Shown: one piece after another, positions 59,065-64,000 of the stretch
Numbering within the stretch: position 1 is the first letter of the stretch
Layout of the letters: each line of letters opens with the position of its first letter
The notes under the pieces: generated by a model
Database searches by the model: none
Seen by the model: only the letters and a program-made list of their open reading frames with translations
What the model was told of the DNA's origin: nothing
Made by a program: the position numbers and the translations under genes
Virus record (IMG/VR): IMGVR_UViG_3300025000_000053
Coordinates: 185,854 to 249,853 of that record
DNA: 64,000 bases
Direction: 5' to 3' (one strand)

Positions 59065-62000
59065 ATGTTATTGGAAAATAATATAAAAGAAATTATTGGT
59101 TTATTAAGTAACAAAGTATTTATTATTTCAGAAATAATGGAAACTAGAAAAACTTTTAATGAGAATCTAGAGACAATTTATGATTATTTAAAACAAGGTT
59201 TTGAAATTAAAGAATTAAGAACATGTCCAACTTACTTTAGATTTAAAGAAGATGGTTATATACACACTTTACAATTAAGACATTTTCTTACCAACTTGAT
59301 GTTTTGGGAACCATTAATGAGATTTGATTGTTCAGATAAGTTAGATGAAACTTATATTGTTGATTGTACTAAAATGTCATCTAAATTAATTAAAAATTAT
59401 ATTGATAATAAAATTGTTATACCTTATAGAAGAATAATCGAAAATAAGAAAATGAATAAAGTTATTCATGATATGATTTATAATCTATCAAGAATATCAA
59501 CAGATTTTAATATTATATTAGGATTGTCTATTAATGTTGAGACATTTATTGATGTTGCAAAAAGAAATCCAAGATTTAATGAGATTATTAGGACTCAATT
59601 AAATGAAGATATGCAACCAACTGAGATTGAGGAATATTTAGATAAATTGATGCATGAACAAATAGAAATCTTAAAAAATGATGATAAAGATAATTTATTA
59701 AAACCAATACTTAAATCAGGTGCTGGTATTAAAAGTAAACAATTGTCAGAATTCTCAATATCTGGCGGGTTAAAAATTAGCCCCGTACATAGGCGACTAT
59801 GTGCGTAAACCTCTTTAATTGCTGGGACTCTCTTAAAATATTCTTCTACCAGAATATTAATAAAAGTTGGTGTTGATATTGAAGCTAGTTAATATCGATT
59901 ATGATAAAAAGAAGAAGTTATATATAGTTACCTTTTTTAAAAATAAGGGTGGTTATAAAATAAGAACTAAAAGATTTACTTATTCTGAAGATAGTCATGG
60001 ACCTTTCGCTAGGATTCTTGCTTTACATACAATGAAGACAGGTGAGAGACTTTATCATTGGTTTGTGACTGACGGTATATATACATCTATTTTTATATAT
60101 AATAAAAAATATGGTTTTAGACGTATGTTAATCGATAATGAATTTATTGACATCGTCAAAAATCATAGGATTAATATAATTAAAAATAAAACTGGTCAGA
60201 ATATATTTTATGCGACAATAAAAATAAACGGTAAGAATGTCCCTGTACATCGTCTTATTATGGGTCTAGGAGAATATAGAAATGATCCTGTAGATCATGT
60301 ATTTCATGATTCTTTAGATAATATGAAATTAAATCTACGTGTCTGTACTCCTAGTATTAATAATAGGAATTCAAGATTACGATGTGACAGTAAAACTGGT
60401 ATACAGGGAGTTTGTTTTAATAAAAATAAATGCTCGTATACCGCAGAAGTTAGAGATTTTAATGGTAGAAAAATTAGAAAAAGCTTTCCCATAAAACTTT
60501 ATGGTGAAAATAAAGCCATTGAATTAGCAAAACAATGGCGTGAAATTATGGTAGAAGAATATTATGAGAGACAATCAGCAGCGAAGCCTGATTATTAGTC
60601 AGGAACGTTCAACGACTATCCAAAGCATGTTCATTATTGATATAAAATATAATGAACATAAGCGAGTAGAGTAGGACTAGAAGCTAATGCTAGTTCCAAA
60701 CGGGAGGCATCTCACTGAGATGATGATATAGTCTAGTATCCTAAAGTGATTTAGGGAAGTTCATAAGAGAACTGTATAGGGGTTGCGTCCTATATGAATG
60801 ATCGTAAAACCAAATATTTCTGGTACTACTATCCCTATACCTATTAATAGTAATTATATCGTAGGTGGATTGAGGAATATAACTAATTATTATATAGATT
60901 CTCTCGGTGGTCGCAAATCATTGATTATGAGTAAGCTTGAGATGGGAAATTCTGGGCATTTCGCACGTACTGTGATGCTATTAGTTTCCAGTATTAATTT
61001 ATCTAAAACAGTCGAATCATGTAATACTGTACATCCAATAAAAATTGAATTAACAACTAAAGACCATTTAATAAGAATGCGGGGTAGATATTATCGAACC
61101 ATGTATTCTAGAAATTATCAATTATTAAAAGGTGATGAATATAATTTAATAGGGGAAACTATTTTTGTTAAATCACCAGTTACTTGTGCTTGTAAAGATG
61201 GGATATGTAAAATGTGTTATGGTGAATTATCATATATAAATAATGATATTTCAATAGGTGTATATGCTGGTACAAAAATCACAGAACCAGTTTCACAAAA
61301 TATTTTATCCTCTAAACATTTATTAACAACTAAATCAGAAAAAATACAATTTAATGAAGAATTCTATAGATTTTTTAATATAAGTGGTAATGAAATAATT
61401 ATTAATCCAAATGATGATTTAGATAATTTAGATGATTATAGTTTACTTATAATTAAAAGTAATATTAAAACAATAGCTGATTATGATGATAATGATATGG
61501 AATTTAATGAATATGTAAATCTATTCCATGTATATAATAAGAAAACTAATGAGATGATAGAAATAAAAGAAAGTAGAGATAAAGATTTATATATCTCTCC
61601 TGAATTAAGAAAATTATTTAAGAAAAAAAGTAAAAAGGAAGTTTATGAAATTGATTTTAAAAATATTGATGATGATAGAATTTTTGTTATAGAAGTAGTT
61701 AATAATGAGTTAACCCGTCCACTATATGATATTATGCGTTTAATTGATAGGGTTGACTATAGAATCATACATTGGAACTGTGTTACAATTGATCAAATGT
61801 GTCAAAAGATGTTAGATTTAATAATAGAGTCTGAAATTAATTCTGACTCTGTTCATGGTGAATTAATTTTAACACCATTATTAAGAGATAAAGATGATAT
61901 ATTAGAAAGACCTAAATTTAATAAGTACTTTAATGGTGATGAAGGATACCAAATTCTAACAGTTAAATCTGCTTTAGAAAAACATCCATCAGTATTAGTT

Positions 62001-62102
62001 GGTTTATCATTCCAAGCACTTGATAGACAATTAACAAACCCATTAACATTTAGAAAAAAGGAAAGTTCATTTATTGATCCTTTCTTTAAAGAAAGACCAT
62101 AA
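59065..62102 (+). CDS. rpoC: RNA polymerase beta' C-terminal subunit (probably non-virion RNAP), exons 59065-59770 and 60805-62102 (667 aa)
   Basis: Splicing gives GGL-KPNISG. Bridge-helix-like GL..YY..GGRKSL..SGHFAR and Zn site SPVTC..ICKMCYG are present. Confidence 0.8.
59771..60804 (+). mobile_element. Group I intron 4 (1034 nt) carrying a homing endonuclease
   Basis: P1 gggu|u pairs with agccc (U.G at the junction). P aattgctggga, Q aatcagcagc, R gttcaacgacta, S gatatagtct; terminal G at 60804. Confidence 0.9.
59867..60598 (+). CDS. Intron-encoded HNH homing endonuclease with AP2-like DNA-binding domain(s)
   Basis: VHRLIM..VDHVFHDSLDN..NLR (HNH); SKTGIQGVCF..YTA..KSF..YG..AIELA (AP2). 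Confidence 0.85.
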   Translation: MVLILKLVNIDYDKKKKLYIVTFFKNKGGYKIRTKRFTYSEDSHGPFARILALHTMKTGERLYHWFVTDGIYTSIFIYNKKYGFRRMLIDNEFIDIVKNHRINIIKNKTGQNIFYATIKINGKNVPVHRLIMGLGEYRNDPVDHVFHDSLDNMKLNLRVCTPSINNRNSRLRCDSKTGIQGVCFNKNKCSYTAEVRDFNGRKIRKSFPIKLYGENKAIELAKQWREIMVEEYYERQSAAKPDY

Positions 62103-62247
62103 AAATATTATAAAAAAGAAAAAGGAGATGTTTTATAATGAAAGGAAATTTTATAAAAGTAAAAGTTGATGAAAACTTAGATATTGAATATAAAGATACT
62201 GATGCAATCAAATTATACCCGATTGTTTTAATATTTTATATTCAAAT

Positions 62248-62724
62248 ATGATTATCAAAACTATTAATTTTAAGAATATCAATGAAACAGCTTTATTAAA
62301 AATAATTGAGATAAGATTAAAAGAAATTCAAAAAAAATCAATTAATTATCTTGAAAGTAAAGTTCTTATTCGATGTATTGAATCAGCATTAACCGTTATA
62401 CATGATATAGAAAGTTATAAAACAACTACAATTAAATCAATGAAACAGCGTTTAATAGAATGCTATGAAGATGCTGTTAAAAATAAAATGAAATATATTG
62501 GTTATATCACTACATTAACTACTGATGATGTATATAGTGATTATGTTATTTCATCAATAGAAAAATTTCAAGTTAATATACAATATCTAAATACTTTTAA
62601 TGATGATTTAGTTAAAATGACCAATAAACGATTTAAAATAACAGCATTTTGTTCTGGAGATTCATTTAGTGAAATAGAAGAAAAAATAAATAAATTTGAA
62701 AAGGGGGAGTTTATTAATGAATGA
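62248..62724 (+). CDS. Hypothetical protein
   Basis: 158-aa ORF downstream of the RNAP gene. Confidence 0.5.
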   Translation: MIIKTINFKNINETALLKIIEIRLKEIQKKSINYLESKVLIRCIESALTVIHDIESYKTTTIKSMKQRLIECYEDAVKNKMKYIGYITTLTTDDVYSDYVISSIEKFQVNIQYLNTFNDDLVKMTNKRFKITAFCSGDSFSEIEEKINKFEKGEFINE

Positions 62725-63160
62725 ATCTATTAAAAAAGAAACTTTTACTTTAAAATTAGCAAGAGAAATTGGAAAACCTAATGAAGATAATATATTCATT
62801 AGTAAAGATGTTTGGACTAGTTCTTTAAACGGATATATTAAAGAATTAATAGAAAAAAATAGTTTTTTCATTACTTTAGGTAAAGAAGAACTATTTCATA
62901 TTAATTTGCTAAAAGCTGTTGCTAGAATAAAAGAAATAAATGATAAATATGCTATTATTGAATTAATTAAAATTTCTAATTATATTGAAATTTTCGTTAA
63001 AAATATGGGAATTGATAATTTAAGATTAAATTTTAATGCTCATTTTAAATATGAACAAAAAAATAATTTAAAAATTGTAACTGAAATTAAATTAGGAACT
63101 TTTTATATAGATTATTATTCAGTACCAAGTCATACTAGAATAAAAAGAGGAGATGTATGA
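62696..63160 (+). CDS. Hypothetical protein
   Basis: SD aaggggga before the ATG at about 62717. Confidence 0.5.
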   Translation: MKRGSLLMNESIKKETFTLKLAREIGKPNEDNIFISKDVWTSSLNGYIKELIEKNSFFITLGKEELFHINLLKAVARIKEINDKYAIIELIKISNYIEIFVKNMGIDNLRLNFNAHFKYEQKNNLKIVTEIKLGTFYIDYYSVPSHTRIKRGDV

Positions 63161-63161
63161 A

Positions 63162-64000
63162 ATGAAAAAAACACTTGAACAACAACATCTTTCTGTACAA
63201 TATAAAAAGGAGTTAGGTTGTGTTTTACCAAATCAATTTGATATTATATCAAAAGTTGGTAATTATGATGATGTAAAAGTTATTAATACTATTAAATTTC
63301 AGGAAGGTTCTGTTGAGGAATTTGGAATTAATGGTGTTACTGAAGAGAGTTTATTATCTGTATTAATGATAAGATTTGAAGAACTTCAAAAAAGTCCTCT
63401 TTCTTGTGAAAAATATCAATTATCATTAGAATTAGTAAATACACTATTACAATTATTAACAAAAACCGATGAAAATTATCTAGTTCAAAATAATATAAGT
63501 AAAACAACTCTAAATCTTTTACTTGAAAAAAGAAAAGAAATTAAAGAAGAAATATTAACTAGAAAAATAACCCTAAAGCAGAGATTCCTTAATCTTATTG
63601 ATGAAGCTATTAAAAGGAATATTAATCGTATTGTAATTATTGTACAGCAAATAGATAATTGTGATTGTGAACCAATTCATAATTATTATGGAGGTATGAA
63701 TAATAATTGTTTTTCTGATAAATTAAGATATAAGCTGATTGATATTGAGACAGATGGGTTTAATATTTTAAAAAATGATATTATAGAAAATTTTGACGAT
63801 GAATTAAATCATAAAATATTTAGTAAAACATTAATATTTAGTTTTTGTTATAGTAATTATATTGATAATGAACTCAATGAAAACATTTGTAAGTTATTAA
63901 ATTTTAGACCATATAAACTCTATAATTCACCTAAAAAATGTTTATTAGATTATATTAAATACTCTGTTAGTATTCTTAGGAAATATATTGGTTATATTAT
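63162..64000 (+). CDS. Acb2-like (anti-CBASS cyclic-nucleotide sponge) domain fused to an unknown region; runs off the window
   Basis: Manual translation is open to the window end (at least 279 codons): IKFQEGSVEEFGINGVTEESLLSVLMIRFEELQKSPLSCEKYQLSL. SD gaggag. Confidence 0.6.
   Translation, partial: MKKTLEQQHLSVQYKKELGCVLPNQFDIISKVGNYDDVKVINTIKFQEGSVEEFGINGVTEESLLSVLMIRFEELQKSPLSCEKYQLSLELVNTLLQLLTKTDENYLVQNNISKTTLNLLLEKRKEIKEEILTRKITLKQRFLNLIDEAIKRNINRIVIIVQQIDNCDCEPIHNYYGGMNNNCFSDKLRYKLIDIETDGFNILKNDIIENFDDELNHKIFSKTLIFSFCYSNYIDNELNENICKLLNFRPYKLYNSPKKCLLDYIKYSVSILRKYIGYI

Noticed and set aside
41655-62102. ORF-track entries 41655..42356, 56070..56687 and 60798..62102 as independent genes
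   Set aside because: They are downstream exons. Their starts lie inside introns or mid-exon, and splicing joins them in frame to upstream exons.
40545-62102. Inteins in the polymerase genes
   Set aside because: The interruptions contain stop codons and group I P/Q/R/S elements; no Cys..His-Asn splice motifs were seen.
799-62871. Many short antisense or overlapping ORFs (e.g. 1456..1992, 7535..8023, 16018..16377, 44300..44554, 52990..53316, 57237..57590)
   Set aside because: They lie opposite long, well-supported genes, lack SD sites and have the Ser/Leu/Phe-rich composition of shadow frames.
1-64000. Stop-codon reassignment
   Set aside because: Standard code 11 gives dense, full-length genes; the apparent breaks are explained by introns or one frameshift.
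1-64000. tRNA/rRNA genes and CRISPR arrays
   Set aside because: No cloverleaf with T-loop/CCA, rRNA signature or repeat-spacer pattern was seen in the intergenic regions by eye; tRNAscan would be needed to exclude them fully.

Overview
This is a very AT-rich, densely coding 64 kb segment of a jumbo bacteriophage of the phiKZ/AR9(PBS1)-related type, with split multisubunit RNA polymerases, a split family-B DNA polymerase and its own chaperonin. GGAGG-type ribosome sites, SH3b domains, a GH73 glucosaminidase and a DUF4046-like protein point to a Gram-positive (probably clostridial) host. The window holds tail/baseplate genes (1-12.5 kb, 20-21 kb, 38-40 kb), an array of paralogous head proteins (15.5-20 kb), early accessory genes, and replication/transcription genes (40-62 kb). 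Main observations: (1) a late-expressed 1515-aa polyprotein in which about nine enzyme-like modules (nuclease, gluzincin, GNAT, DUF5661-like, two transglutaminase-like, two SET, permuted papain) are separated by repeated hydrophobic-x-E|S linkers also seen in the head proteins, suggesting a packaged, protease-released effector cassette; (2) four related group I introns, with splice junctions resolved here, in three polymerase genes, one splitting the RNAP DxDGD motif, one apparently mosaic, and only one carrying a homing endonuclease; (3) two promoter classes readable from sequence (early TATATTAT; late AACA-N6-TA, the AR9 late consensus, hinting at uracil-DNA); (4) an Acb2-like anti-CBASS domain fused to a long ORF at the right edge, missed by the ORF track; (5) a 47-bp perfect inverted repeat in two convergent SH3-tail genes, several paralog arrays (one frameshifted), a 7-blade repeat propeller and long perfect palindromes. 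All family assignments come from motif recognition by eye; no searches were run.
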